DNA of 64,000 nt from an uncultured bacterium (lineage in GTDB: Bacteria; Bacillota; Clostridia; Lachnospirales; Lachnospiraceae). The position numbers and the translations under genes were made by a program. Numbering within the stretch: position 1 is the first letter of the stretch; every line of letters begins with the position of its first letter. Location: contig CANCXX010000014.1 in the NCBI GenBank assembly GCA_947381965.1, positions 2,270 through 66,269 of the forward strand. Reading direction: 5' to 3'. The notes under the pieces were generated by a model. That model saw nothing but the letters and a program-made list of their open reading frames with translations. It made no database searches and was not told the origin of the DNA. Shown here in pieces: positions 49,512 through 59,627 of this stretch.

Positions 49512-50039
49512 TTAATATTCAGGTTCAATCAGTCCGTAAGTATTTCCCTTTCTTTTATAAACCACATTCACCTGATCCGTCTCCGCATTGCAGAACACAA
49601 AGAAATTATGTCCCAAAAGCTCCATCTGGACGCAGGCATCTTCAGGATACATTGGCTTGATATCAAATTTCTTACTGCGGATAATTTTGACCTCTTCATC
49701 CTCCATATACTCTTTTTCTATAAATTCCTGCTTAAAATAGCCGGCTGACTGTTTCTGGTCAATCAGTTTATTTTTGTATTTTTTCAGCTGACGTTCTATG
49801 ATTTCTTCCACAAGGTCAATGGAAACATACATATCATTGCTCACCTGCTCCGAACGGATAATACTGCCTTTTACCGGAATAGTCACTTCAATTTTCTGAC
49901 GCTCCTTCTCAACACTTAGCGTCACATGTATTTCCGTTTCGGATGTAAAATATCTCTCCAGTTTTCCAATTTTGTCCTCCACCGCACTTTTAAGTCCGGG
50001 TGTAACCTCAATATTTTTACCAACAATTACAAACTTCAT
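49512..50039 (-). CDS. hpf: Ribosome hibernation promoting factor, long form
   Basis: GKNIEVT, DMYVSIDLV, QMELLGHNFFVF and NVVYKRKGNTYGLIEP. Confidence 0.96.
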   Translation of the reverse strand: MKFVIVGKNIEVTPGLKSAVEDKIGKLERYFTSETEIHVTLSVEKERQKIEVTIPVKGSIIRSEQVSNDMYVSIDLVEEIIERQLKKYKNKLIDQKQSAGYFKQEFIEKEYMEDEEVKIIRSKKFDIKPMYPEDACVQMELLGHNFFVFCNAETDQVNVVYKRKGNTYGLIEPEY

Positions 50040-50194
50040 ATCTTATCATCATCCTTTCCTTGGATTATTGTATAGATATTATAACATAGCTTGTACCCTT
50101 TATGCAATAATTCCCAGTTTTCGTTTTCACAAAACAATTCTCAAAGTAAATGCTGACCATTTCACCTAAAACTTGTTAAGGACAAGCGTCCGGC

Positions 50195-50362
50195 TGTGTG
50201 CAAAATGGTACATTGTGGATTTTCAGCACAATACACAAAACACTTGTTTTAAACATTATGTTTGTCCACCAGTGGATTTCGGTATTTCGTTGGTGGATAT
50301 TGTGGATAACCTGGTGCATAAATCAAAAATACCATAAAAACCAGCTTTTTTATTGTGGATAA
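50195..50362. promoter_or_regulatory. DnaA-box cluster
   Basis: Perfect TGTGGATAA at 50301 and 50354. Near matches at 50214, 50262, 50292 and 50313. Confidence 0.7.
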
Positions 50363-50533
50363 CTTTTGGCAGATTTTTGACGGATGTTTCTTTTTTTGTT
50401 TATCCTTTTTTCCTGTTTGTGTATCTTACACAACCCTTCCTTTTGTCAAGTATTATTTTCTAAATTTTACAGGAAACACCAGAACATTTTTTCTCTCTTA
50501 TCACATTTCTTAATTACAATACAAGTCAGCCAT

Positions 50534-51124
50534 TTACATCTTTTCCCAAACTTCTACGTATCTTCCGCTTAAAAATGGTCCAAGTTTCTCTATCCTTTTA
50601 TAATTATCAGGTAAAATTTTGCTAAAATCCAATAGATGACCTCCATCCTTTGGCGGAACAGTATCAACAATAAAATGTCTGACATCATTTCGCTTAGCCA
50701 CCAGACGGTATGGCCTTATCCACGTAGATTCCGTTCCGCCGTGCATAAAGCCCAATGTTATAAGATAATCAATCGGTTTTTCAGTAAGTTCATCAAAACT
50801 CCCCGTATGAAGGCTGATTGTATTATCACATAATTCACGGGCTGCCTTAATTACTTCCTCCCGCTCGTCCAGCCCAATTCTTTTATCAGCCTTCACATGC
50901 TGCAGCACGCCTCCCAGCCCACACCCTATATCCACCACTGTCTTACATTCATGAGTATTTATGTATTTTACACATGCCTGCGCATATTCTCTCCATTCAT
51001 ATGGACTAAGATGCCATGAATCAAACTGGTATTTCCTGATCAGCTTTTCATATTTCACCCTTTTGATACTGCCTACAATAACATTTTTCAAACCAACTTC
51101 CTTTATTTTACGTATAATCTTCAT
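50534..51124 (-). CDS. Class I SAM-dependent methyltransferase
   Basis: VVDIGCGLGG, IGLD and GSFD. Confidence 0.8.
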   Translation of the reverse strand: MKIIRKIKEVGLKNVIVGSIKRVKYEKLIRKYQFDSWHLSPYEWREYAQACVKYINTHECKTVVDIGCGLGGVLQHVKADKRIGLDEREEVIKAARELCDNTISLHTGSFDELTEKPIDYLITLGFMHGGTESTWIRPYRLVAKRNDVRHFIVDTVPPKDGGHLLDFSKILPDNYKRIEKLGPFLSGRYVEVWEKM

Positions 51125-51419
51125 TCTGCTTTCTCCCTTGTATGATGAACTTATTTTATGCAAATAATAATATTATTTGTCATTTTATAAAATGTATTTT
51201 CTAATGGTAACATCAATATTTGGGCGCGTCAATCTTTGGGCCCCAATTTCCACGGAAATCAATATTCAATGACTACTGTGGGTATATTTTACAATGATCC
51301 ATACCGGCGAAAAATATATCACTTGATATTATCCGCTTAAGCATCTAAAATTGGAAATATCCATATAAATGGATTCCACCTCTGCAAAGGGATCCACAAA
51401 CCATAAGGGAATTTGAAGA

Positions 51420-52109
51420 ATGCGGCCAAAAATATTAATTATAGATGATGATACGGACTTGTGCCGGCTATTAAAAGATAATCTGGAGCAGGAAGGTTAT
51501 TTTGTCTCTGCCTGCCATGATGGGGTTTCAGGACTGGCAGAATCACAAAGGCTTGATTATCAGCTTGTGGTTTTGGACATCATGCTTCCTCTGAAAAACG
51601 GATATGAAGTACTGAAAAAAATCAGAGAAAAAAGTTATGTTCCTATTTTAATGCTAACCGCCAAAGACAGCGAGGGAGATAAAGTCTCCGGTCTGAGAAT
51701 GGGGGCAGACGATTACCTGACAAAGCCATTTTCAAACAGTGAATTTCTTGCACGCATCTCCTCTCTTCTGCGGAGATATACCGTATTTAATACGGCCAGT
51801 GAAAACCTGATTCAACTTGGAAATTTATCTATTAACAAATGCGCACGTGAGGTCTGCAAGAACAATTTTTTACTTGAACTTACAGCAAAGGAATTTGATT
51901 TGCTTGTGTTCTTTGCAGAAAACCGCGGGCAGGTGTTTACCAAAAAGCAGATTTATCACGCTGTATGGAATGAGGAATATACCTTTGACGACAATACTAT
52001 TATGGTCCATATCCGCAGATTGAGGAAAAAAATTGAGGATAATCCTGAAAATCCAAAATACATTTTAACGGTTTGGGGAATTGGATATAAATGTGAGAAG
52101 AACATCTAA
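51420..52109 (+). CDS. OmpR-family response regulator
   Basis: IIDDD, LDIMLP, GADDYLTKPF and TVWGIGYK. Confidence 0.96.
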   Translation: MRPKILIIDDDTDLCRLLKDNLEQEGYFVSACHDGVSGLAESQRLDYQLVVLDIMLPLKNGYEVLKKIREKSYVPILMLTAKDSEGDKVSGLRMGADDYLTKPFSNSEFLARISSLLRRYTVFNTASENLIQLGNLSINKCAREVCKNNFLLELTAKEFDLLVFFAENRGQVFTKKQIYHAVWNEEYTFDDNTIMVHIRRLRKKIEDNPENPKYILTVWGIGYKCEKNI

Positions 52110-52128
52110 CACTTATATTAAGAAACTT

Positions 52129-52190
52129 TAGAGCGTGTTTGAAAAATGCTTCCCAGCAAATGTTGAAAATGATTTTTCAAACACGCTCTA
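52129..52190. mobile_element. 62-bp MITE-like/IS-end remnant
   Basis: 19-bp perfect inverted repeats TAGAGCGTGTTTGAAAAAT / ATTTTTCAAACACGCTCTA around a 24-bp core. Confidence 0.55.
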
Positions 52191-52203
52191 GTGGGGAAAA
52201 AGA

Positions 52204-53109
52204 ATGACAGTGATAAATATCGTTTTAGTTTTTATTTGTATTGGAGAATTTTTTTACATTCTCCATATCCGAAACCAGTTAACAGAATGGCTTGACTTTT
52301 TAAAAAGTGTGCATCAGATGCCTGAACGGAATTACTTTGTAAAAGGGAATGGGATTCTCGCAGATATTAATTATGAATTGAATGGAATTTTAGAAAAAAG
52401 CCGCAGACAATTTGTAAAATTGCAAAAGGCAGAAACTGCCAGCCGGCAGTTATTAACAAACCTGTCACATGATGTGAAAACACCACTTGCGTCCTTAATT
52501 GGATATCTGGAGTCTCTGGATTCCCAAACTGCAAAGGACAGGGAGGAATATACCCATGTGGCTTACCGAAAAGCGCTGGACTTGCAAGAGCTTATTGACA
52601 CACTTTTCCAATGGTTTAAATTAACCTCTCATGAACAGTTATACCAAATGAAAGTCTATGACATCAACGAGTTGACAAGAGAACTTCTTATTGAACATAT
52701 TCCTGTATTCGAAAAAAAGCAGATTTCTTTTTCCGTAAATATTCCTGATAATGAGTGCTTTATAAATATAGATAAAATGGCATATGCAAGAATTATCAAC
52801 AACCTTTTGAGCAACGCCGTAAAACATGGAAAATGCTCCCTGATAGAAATTAAAATTCAGGAAAGCAAGGATCATGTGCAGGTTTTGGTATCAAATAATG
52901 GAATTGCAATTCCTTATAATGAACTGCCACTTATTTTCCAACGCCTGTACAAGTGTGACGCGTCCCGTTCAGAAACTGGAAATGGATTAGGGCTTGCGAT
53001 TGTCCGGGAGCTTATAACTTCCATGTCCGGTGAGATAACTGTCCAAAGCGCTCAGGGAGAAATGACCACATTTTGTTTAACTTTGCCGCTTATTGTAAGA
53101 AAAAATTAA
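52204..53109 (+). CDS. Sensor histidine kinase
   Basis: LSHDVKTPL, NLLSNAVKH and GNGLGLAI. Confidence 0.95.
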   Translation: MTVINIVLVFICIGEFFYILHIRNQLTEWLDFLKSVHQMPERNYFVKGNGILADINYELNGILEKSRRQFVKLQKAETASRQLLTNLSHDVKTPLASLIGYLESLDSQTAKDREEYTHVAYRKALDLQELIDTLFQWFKLTSHEQLYQMKVYDINELTRELLIEHIPVFEKKQISFSVNIPDNECFINIDKMAYARIINNLLSNAVKHGKCSLIEIKIQESKDHVQVLVSNNGIAIPYNELPLIFQRLYKCDASRSETGNGLGLAIVRELITSMSGEITVQSAQGEMTTFCLTLPLIVRKN

Positions 53110-53171
53110 GGTTTGTTAAAGAGTGACGTCAGAACTTATTAGTAAAATAAAAGTCAGGAGGTGTGTATCAA

Positions 53172-54095
53172 ATGAGTAAATATGTAATAGAGACAAAAAA
53201 TTTAACAAAAAATTACCGTAACCAGACGGCTGTGGACCAGCTGAATCTTCATGTGCCGAAAGGAAAAATTTATGCCCTTTTAGGACGAAACGGCGCAGGA
53301 AAAACAACAACGATGAAAATGCTGCTGAATCTTGTCCGGCCTTCCGGCGGCAGTCTTTATCTTTTTGGAGAATCCATTTCCCATTTTGGCAAAAAGAATT
53401 ACCACCGCATAGGTTCTATCATCGAAGCTCCTGCCTTTTATGAAAATCTGACGGCAAAAGAAAATTTGGAAATTTTAGCCCGGCTGCGCGGACGGCACCG
53501 GAGAGATACGGTAAAGCATGCCCTTTCCGTTGTAAATCTGGACATAGAAAGCAAGAAGTTATTTCGGGAATATTCATTGGGAATGAAGCAGCGCTTAGGG
53601 TTAGCAGCCGCCATCATGCACGAACCTGAACTGTTGGTTTTAGACGAGCCTATGAATGGCCTTGACCCTGTTGGAATACACGAAACCAGAAAATATTTAC
53701 TGCAATTATGCAGAGAAATGGGAACAACCATATTTATTTCCAGCCATGTATTAAATGAAGTGGAACAGCTGGCAGATATGGTTGGTATCATAAATCAGGG
53801 AAAATTACTGGAAGAGACAAGCTTGCAGGAATTATACAGACAAAGCCGGAGATATGCCGAATTTGAAGTGTCTGATATAAACAAAGCGGCTTTGATTCTG
53901 GAACGCAGCTTTCATATATCTGATTATGCAGTTACAGGAAATCATATCTTACGGCTATATGAAAAGCTTGACCGCAGAGCGGAAATCAACAGCAGTTTTG
54001 TTAAGGAGGAAATCAGGGTTGCAAGTGTCCGTATCGGTACGGGAAAATTAGAGGATTATTTTAAAGAATTAGTTGGAGGTGATGGAATTGGCTGA
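53172..54095 (+). CDS. BcrA/LanF-like ABC transporter ATP-binding protein
   Basis: GRNGAGKTT, E-loop IIEAP, YSLGMKQR and LDEPMNGLDP. Confidence 0.93.
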   Translation: MSKYVIETKNLTKNYRNQTAVDQLNLHVPKGKIYALLGRNGAGKTTTMKMLLNLVRPSGGSLYLFGESISHFGKKNYHRIGSIIEAPAFYENLTAKENLEILARLRGRHRRDTVKHALSVVNLDIESKKLFREYSLGMKQRLGLAAAIMHEPELLVLDEPMNGLDPVGIHETRKYLLQLCREMGTTIFISSHVLNEVEQLADMVGIINQGKLLEETSLQELYRQSRRYAEFEVSDINKAALILERSFHISDYAVTGNHILRLYEKLDRRAEINSSFVKEEIRVASVRIGTGKLEDYFKELVGGDGIG

Positions 54096-54816
54096 TATTG
54101 TATATTGCGAATGGCTGAAATTAAAACGGTCAAAAATCATTTTTATAGGCGTTTTGGGCTCGTTTATCGTTCCTCTTTTAGTAATTACCAAAAATCTCAC
54201 CAACGATTTAAGCCTGTATGGGATATATGAAGATTCTATCATGTTTATCATGCTGCTATTTGGCCCCCTTGTTTTGGCAGTTGTAGCAACATACCTGGTA
54301 AGCAGGGAATACACAGAAAAAACATTAAAAACCATTTTTGTTGTTCCCATAGAGCGCAGGTCCTTTTTGCTGGGAAAATTTATCACCTTGTTTATTCTGG
54401 TATTATTGTTTATGGCTCTCTCATGGTTTGATATTGTTTTGCTGGCCGTGTTATGCAGTTTGTTTATGGAGGTATCACAATTGTCATTGTTATCGGCAAT
54501 TTATATTTTCATCCAGATGACCAAAGGCGGTATATTGCTCTTTACAACACTTACTCCTTTTGTGTACCTGTCTCTACGGGCAAAAGGTACACTTGCGCCA
54601 TTTATCATTATAGCTGCAGTCAGTTTACTAAACGTTGTATTTTCCGGTTCGCAGATAGCGGGATTTTATCCCTGGACTGCTGCCTATCTCCTTCTGACTA
54701 ACAGGCTGGAACAATCCGGATGTCCCACATTCACTGGTATTTCAATCCTTTTATTTGTATGTCTGTCTGGTATCTATGTCAGTATGCGGAGATTTCAAAA
54801 AGAGGATATTGTATAA
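54088..54816 (+). CDS. BcrB/LanEG-like ABC permease
   Basis: EWLKLKRS, REYTEKTLK and about 6 TMs. Probable TTG start after GGAGGT. Confidence 0.85.
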   Translation: MADIVYCEWLKLKRSKIIFIGVLGSFIVPLLVITKNLTNDLSLYGIYEDSIMFIMLLFGPLVLAVVATYLVSREYTEKTLKTIFVVPIERRSFLLGKFITLFILVLLFMALSWFDIVLLAVLCSLFMEVSQLSLLSAIYIFIQMTKGGILLFTTLTPFVYLSLRAKGTLAPFIIIAAVSLLNVVFSGSQIAGFYPWTAAYLLLTNRLEQSGCPTFTGISILLFVCLSGIYVSMRRFQKEDIV

Positions 54817-54826
54817 TTTTCAGAGA

Positions 54827-54878
54827 TTGACTTTTTTGTCTAATAGTGTTAGACTAATATAGTCTAATATTATTAGAC
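54827..54878 (+). promoter_or_regulatory. blaI promoter with twin BlaI-type operators
   Basis: TTGACT-N17-TAGACT. Palindromes GTCTAA-N5-TTAGAC at 54838-54854 and 54862-54878. Confidence 0.75.
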
Positions 54879-54974
54879 ACGCTGTGATACAAAAGTATGC
54901 CGTAAAGCCTGCAAATTAAAGATAAATTTATGTCCATGTTAATGTTATAGCCTGTGCAGAAATGGAGGACTCTT

Positions 54975-55331
54975 ATGGAACAATACCGTTTAGGGGAAAT
55001 GGAACAACAGTTTGCTGACATGATTTGGGAACATGCCCCTATCTCTTCCGGCCAGCTTGCCCGCTTAAGCGGAGAAGCTTTTGGCTGGAAACGCACAACC
55101 GCGTATACCATGCTGAAAAGACTTTGTGACAGAAAAATTTTCGCAAACATCAACGGCACTGTCACCGTACTGATAACCAAAGAAGAATTTCAGGCTGCGC
55201 AGGGGGAACAGTTTATCAATGAGATATTTGACGGTTCCCTGCCCCGTTTTCTCACTGCCTTCTCCCGAAGGAAAAAGATGAGCAGGCAGGAAATCGAAGA
55301 ATTGAAAAACCTGATTGAACAAATGGAATGA
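54975..55331 (+). CDS. BlaI/MecI/CopY family repressor
   Basis: LGEMEQQFADMIW, WKRTTAYTMLKRL and FDGSL. Confidence 0.93.
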   Translation: MEQYRLGEMEQQFADMIWEHAPISSGQLARLSGEAFGWKRTTAYTMLKRLCDRKIFANINGTVTVLITKEEFQAAQGEQFINEIFDGSLPRFLTAFSRRKKMSRQEIEELKNLIEQME

Positions 55332-55399
55332 TTCCTGCCCCGCTGCGGATCGGATTTTCTCTGACTGGCTTCGGCAAAGCTAAAATAGGAGGCTGAGAA

Positions 55400-56962
55400 A
55401 TGGAATATGTTTTTATCCGAATTTTAAATATGAGTCTTACATCCGTATTTGTAATTCTGGCTGTACTTTTGGCCCGTTTTTTTCTAAAGAAGTCGCCTAA
55501 AATTTTTTCTTATGCCTTATGGGGTGTTGTGCTTTTCCGCCTGCTGTGCCCTGTTTCTTTTTCTTCGCCCTTTTCCCTGCTGGGCGTTCTCAAAGCTCCC
55601 GTTCCAAGCCATGGGCAAATTACATATATTCCTGAACATATTGCCCTGATGGAGCAGCCCCATATCGATCTGCCGGGACAGACAGCCTCCAATATGATTA
55701 ACAATTCCCTTCCTGTTGGGAAAACAGAAAATTCCGTATACCCTATGCAACTCATTTTATCCGCCGGAACAGTCCTGTGGCTTACAGGATTACTTCTTTT
55801 GTTTTTTTACAGCATAGCCGCATATGGCAAACTGCAAAAAACGTTAAAGGGAGCTGTACAAAAGGAACCCGAAATCTACACCGCTCCCCAGATAGCGACT
55901 CCCTTTGTCTGTGGTATTTTATCCCCCCGGATTTATCTCCCCTGTCTTTCAAATAAAACACAGGAAAACTATATTCTGACACATGAAAAAATCCATATTC
56001 GGAGAGGGGATCACCTTTGGCGGCTTATCAGCTACCTGACCCTTTGCCTTCACTGGTTTAACCCGCTTGTCTGGGCCGCCTTTTTCTTAAGCGGAAAAGA
56101 TATGGAAATGTCCTGTGATGAAGCTGTGATTAAAAAGCTTGGAAATAAGGTAAAAAAAGAATACTCTGCATCCCTCCTTGCTTTCGCCTGCGGACCGCAG
56201 ACCCCCTGGAAGGTTCCGCCCGCTTTTGGCGAAGGCGAAATAAAAGGAAGAATAAAAAATCTTTTTCTTTATAAAAAGACGGGAAAGATAACCGCCATCT
56301 TCGCTATGGCGCTATGCCTCCTCATTGCAGTTTTTCTAACTGCCAACCCCCAGGGAAATAAACGAAATTCTTCATATAGTTGTTATGATATCCCTATTGG
56401 TGATGGCAGGCTCCAATGGGGAATGAGCAGTGACCAGGTATCAGCTGTGCTTGGAACGCCTTCCCATATGGAAACCCAAAGTTCCGCCCATATCCTTACC
56501 TATGACACACCTGTCACAGGCAGTCTCGGTATATGCTCGCAGACCGTTTTGTATATAGGGATTGATAATCTTGGGGATGATGAGCCTTTATCCAGCGGCC
56601 TTGGCGCAATTATCATGACAATGGAAGATACCAGCAAGGAATCCATGCTTGGAAAACTGGCTGATTTTTATGGCCCCCTGTCACCGGAAGGCGGCGAAAC
56701 CCTCATAGAAATCCAATTAAAGGCAGCAAATCCCGATTACTTTTATCAATATCATTTTTGTGATGAATGGAAAGCGGAAACTCTTCCTGAAAACTCATTT
56801 CATCGGCTTACTGAAATATATTCAGGTTCCACCGAAACGCCTCACCGTATATTAGATAAAGATGACCCTCTCATGTATATTAATCTGTGGGGTGTGGATC
56901 ATTATAGTTGTACGGTGCAATTAAACGCTTCCGTGCTGGCCTGCTATCTGCAAACAGAATAG
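55400..56962 (+). CDS. BlaR1-like M56 membrane metallopeptidase with a variant C-terminal sensor
   Basis: THEKIH (HExxH), HWFNPLVW and EMSCDE. Confidence 0.9.
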   Translation: MEYVFIRILNMSLTSVFVILAVLLARFFLKKSPKIFSYALWGVVLFRLLCPVSFSSPFSLLGVLKAPVPSHGQITYIPEHIALMEQPHIDLPGQTASNMINNSLPVGKTENSVYPMQLILSAGTVLWLTGLLLLFFYSIAAYGKLQKTLKGAVQKEPEIYTAPQIATPFVCGILSPRIYLPCLSNKTQENYILTHEKIHIRRGDHLWRLISYLTLCLHWFNPLVWAAFFLSGKDMEMSCDEAVIKKLGNKVKKEYSASLLAFACGPQTPWKVPPAFGEGEIKGRIKNLFLYKKTGKITAIFAMALCLLIAVFLTANPQGNKRNSSYSCYDIPIGDGRLQWGMSSDQVSAVLGTPSHMETQSSAHILTYDTPVTGSLGICSQTVLYIGIDNLGDDEPLSSGLGAIIMTMEDTSKESMLGKLADFYGPLSPEGGETLIEIQLKAANPDYFYQYHFCDEWKAETLPENSFHRLTEIYSGSTETPHRILDKDDPLMYINLWGVDHYSCTVQLNASVLACYLQTE

Positions 56963-57088
56963 CAGATTTTCTAAAGCGGCTTACCTGTTTGTTAATTTTC
57001 AAAGGAAGAGATTGACAAGTACAGGCCCCCCTCATACAATGAAAACAAATATACAAGTTAAAAAGCCAGTATATTGGAGGCAGCTCTT

Positions 57089-58039
57089 ATGACCCAAAAG
57101 CATTTTTATCACAAAAACCACATACAGCTTAGCTACTATGAAATAAAAAATAATCACCCTCCCTTTGTGCTTCTTCATGCACAGGCTGTCGATGCAACCA
57201 GTTTTGAAAACGTATGGGAACAGTTATCCAAAAGCTATCATATTTATTCCGTGGACTGCTATGGACATGGCGAAAGCCTGCACGATTCAGCGCAGTATAA
57301 CATAACAGACATTGGCAAAGCTATTATCCGCTTTATTGAAGATGTGGTTAAAGAAAAAGTGATTCTCTTGGGACATTCTTCCGGCGGATTGATTGCCGCA
57401 TACATTGCTTCACAAACAGATCTTTGCAGCCTTCTGATTTTAGAAGACCCGCCTTTTTTCTCCTGCCAGGGGGAGCGACGTAAAAACAGCTATAATTATA
57501 TTGATTTATCTACAGTTTGTCATAACTTTATAAACCAGTCGGAAAAGAAGGATTTTGTCCTTTATTATTTCAGCAATCAATACGCATGGAATTTTTTCCC
57601 CAAAAAATCAAGAGAAAAATTAAAGCAAAAGATGACAAGTATGGCGGCAAAATACAGAAAGAAGCATCCTGACAGAAATTTAAAAGTAATGTTCTGGCCC
57701 AAAGCAGCATTAAGTGCCTATCAGGGCATGAACAAATATGATCCATTGTTTGGAGAAGCGTTTTTTAATGACAGTTTTCACAGGGGAATACCTCATGAAG
57801 ATATATTGAAAAATATTAAATGCAAAACCATATTTTTGAAGGCGCAGACAAACATCAGCGAAGATGGCATTTTAATGGCAGCATTAAGCGATGAAGATTT
57901 GGAAAAAGTTTCATCGCTTATTACTGACTGCATGATTATTCGTTTCAATTGCGGTCATGGCATCCATATAGAAAAGCCAAAGGAATTTATAAACTGCCTG
58001 TGCCAAAACCTGCTCTATTATAAGGAAGAAAAACAGTAA
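57089..58039 (+). CDS. Alpha/beta hydrolase
   Basis: DCYGHGES, GHSSGG, LEDPP and GHGIH. Confidence 0.9.
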   Translation: MTQKHFYHKNHIQLSYYEIKNNHPPFVLLHAQAVDATSFENVWEQLSKSYHIYSVDCYGHGESLHDSAQYNITDIGKAIIRFIEDVVKEKVILLGHSSGGLIAAYIASQTDLCSLLILEDPPFFSCQGERRKNSYNYIDLSTVCHNFINQSEKKDFVLYYFSNQYAWNFFPKKSREKLKQKMTSMAAKYRKKHPDRNLKVMFWPKAALSAYQGMNKYDPLFGEAFFNDSFHRGIPHEDILKNIKCKTIFLKAQTNISEDGILMAALSDEDLEKVSSLITDCMIIRFNCGHGIHIEKPKEFINCLCQNLLYYKEEKQ

Positions 58040-58041
58040 AT

Positions 58042-58716
58042 TTATCGGCTGTTTATGATCGTTTGTCTGTAAAGCTTCCACCCCATCAACACAACCCACA
58101 CATAGGCCAGTGTTTTGGGAATCATCAACATCCCTATGATGGGCATAAGGCCGCTAAAAAGAACAACCGGTATGTAAAACCCAAAAGACAGGGCTACCGC
58201 AAAAGGCATAAACCGGAATATCTGGTCTTTCGTTTCTTTCACCTGTTGTGCAAATATTATAATGATAATAATACCCATAACGGCAAAGGGAATATTCCGC
58301 AGCACGCCGTATAAAAGAGGCTGGCGGTACGCAAGCCATTGGTTCTGTGGAAGAAGGCAAAGCGCAATACGTAAAATGGATAATATCCACATTGTCCATG
58401 TAAGATTTTTCCGGCCTTCTATTTTAAAATATTCCCGCCAGATATAATACAATATTAAATAAAAAATGGTCATAGTAACTGACGTAATGAATTTCCCGAT
58501 TCCCAAGGCCGCCGCATTTGCCTCCAGCCCCGTTGTCCATAAAGCATAAAAACGGGGAATAAGGTGAAAAGAGTCCCCTGCTCCAAGCAAAACGGTCATC
58601 CAACCCGCTTTTTTCACCAAAGAGTTATTCCCCTTTACCAACATCGTGAGCCCTGCAATAAATGCAAAGCCAAGATAACATACATCAAAAATTGTTTCTG
58701 CAATTGCCTGTGCCAT
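58042..58716 (-). CDS. Hypothetical multi-pass membrane protein
   Basis: About 7 hydrophobic segments, LGAGDSFHLIPR motif and an AGGAG RBS. Confidence 0.75.
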   Translation of the reverse strand: MAQAIAETIFDVCYLGFAFIAGLTMLVKGNNSLVKKAGWMTVLLGAGDSFHLIPRFYALWTTGLEANAAALGIGKFITSVTMTIFYLILYYIWREYFKIEGRKNLTWTMWILSILRIALCLLPQNQWLAYRQPLLYGVLRNIPFAVMGIIIIIIFAQQVKETKDQIFRFMPFAVALSFGFYIPVVLFSGLMPIIGMLMIPKTLAYVWVVLMGWKLYRQTIINSR

Positions 58717-58735
58717 ACAAAATTCTCCTATTTTA

Positions 58736-59046
58736 AGTTCCGCTCCCTTCCTCCCTGTCACCTTTCCGGCAGAGCAAATCCTGTCTGCTCCTCATCCAGT
58801 CTTTCCTCTGGGCGCCCGGTCGGACGGTCGCTGTTTTAAGTTCCGCTCCCTTCCTCCCTGTCACCTTTCCGGCAGAGCAAATCCTGTCTGCTTCTCATCC
58901 AGTCTTTCCTCTGAGTGCCCGGTCGGACGGTCGCTGTTTTTTAGTTCCGCTCCCTTCCTCCCTGTCACCTTTCCGGCAGAGCAAATCCTGTCTGCTTCTC
59001 ATCCAGTCTTTCCTCTGAGTGCCCGGTCGGACGGTCGCTGTTTTTT
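58736..59046. repeat. Three tandem 103-104-bp copies of the structured repeat family
   Basis: AGTTCCGCTCCC at 58736, 58839 and 58943. The units are almost identical. Confidence 0.93.
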
Positions 59047-59058
59047 ACCTTGTGTTTT

Positions 59059-59607
59059 TTAGTAGATGATGCGTTTTATGATTGAAATAAGGTAGTCAGG
59101 GGCGGGAGCCTTCATTTTTAGCAGCATCATCATGTTTATCATAATAAAATGCGCAAACTGTTCTCTGGTAAAATTCTCACTCCAGATCTCTTCACGTATT
59201 TCCCCATCCTCTTTAAGACACTGGATAAATACTGTTTCAAGCGCCGACTGCATGGATGCCATACGTACCGTTCCCACTGTCTCCACATTGCCAAGACTGT
59301 TCATAAGCTTACCTGCTGACTGTTCTATCCGTGCTCTTAGAAATGTATATATTTCCTGAAGCTGACTGCAAAAGGAACCTTCGGTAACTGCTTTTCCCAT
59401 TTCCTCTAGCGTCTGCTCCCAATATTCTTCTGTAAGCGCAAGAAGAATCTCTTCCTTGTTTGAAAAATAATTGTATACAGTTCCAGTGGCTGCGCCTGCT
59501 CTTTGAGCAATTGAGCGGATGTTAACTGCATTTATTCCTTCCACATCCGCAATTTCACGGGCTGCGTCAAGCAACGCGCCTCTCATTGTATCGTCTTTTT
59601 TTCTCAC
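59059..59607 (-). CDS. TetR/AcrR family regulator
   Basis: HTH IRSIAQRAGAATGTVYNYFSNKEEIL. GTG start after AGGAGG. Confidence 0.93.
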   Translation of the reverse strand: MRKKDDTMRGALLDAAREIADVEGINAVNIRSIAQRAGAATGTVYNYFSNKEEILLALTEEYWEQTLEEMGKAVTEGSFCSQLQEIYTFLRARIEQSAGKLMNSLGNVETVGTVRMASMQSALETVFIQCLKEDGEIREEIWSENFTREQFAHFIMINMMMLLKMKAPAPDYLISIIKRIIY

Positions 59608-59627
59608 CTGCCCCCTCCTTTTCTTTA

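Noticed and set aside
50195-50362. oriC
   Set aside because: No adjacent dnaA/dnaN/rpmH and no evident DnaA-trio unwinding element; kept only as a DnaA-box cluster.
55332-55399. Degenerate copy of the ~104-bp repeat between blaI and the M56 gene
   Set aside because: Shares only GGATTTTCTCTG and TAAAATAGGAG, and lacks the GCGGAACT core and the stem.
58736-59046. CRISPR array
   Set aside because: Whole ~104-bp units repeat with no unique spacers, and no cas genes are present.
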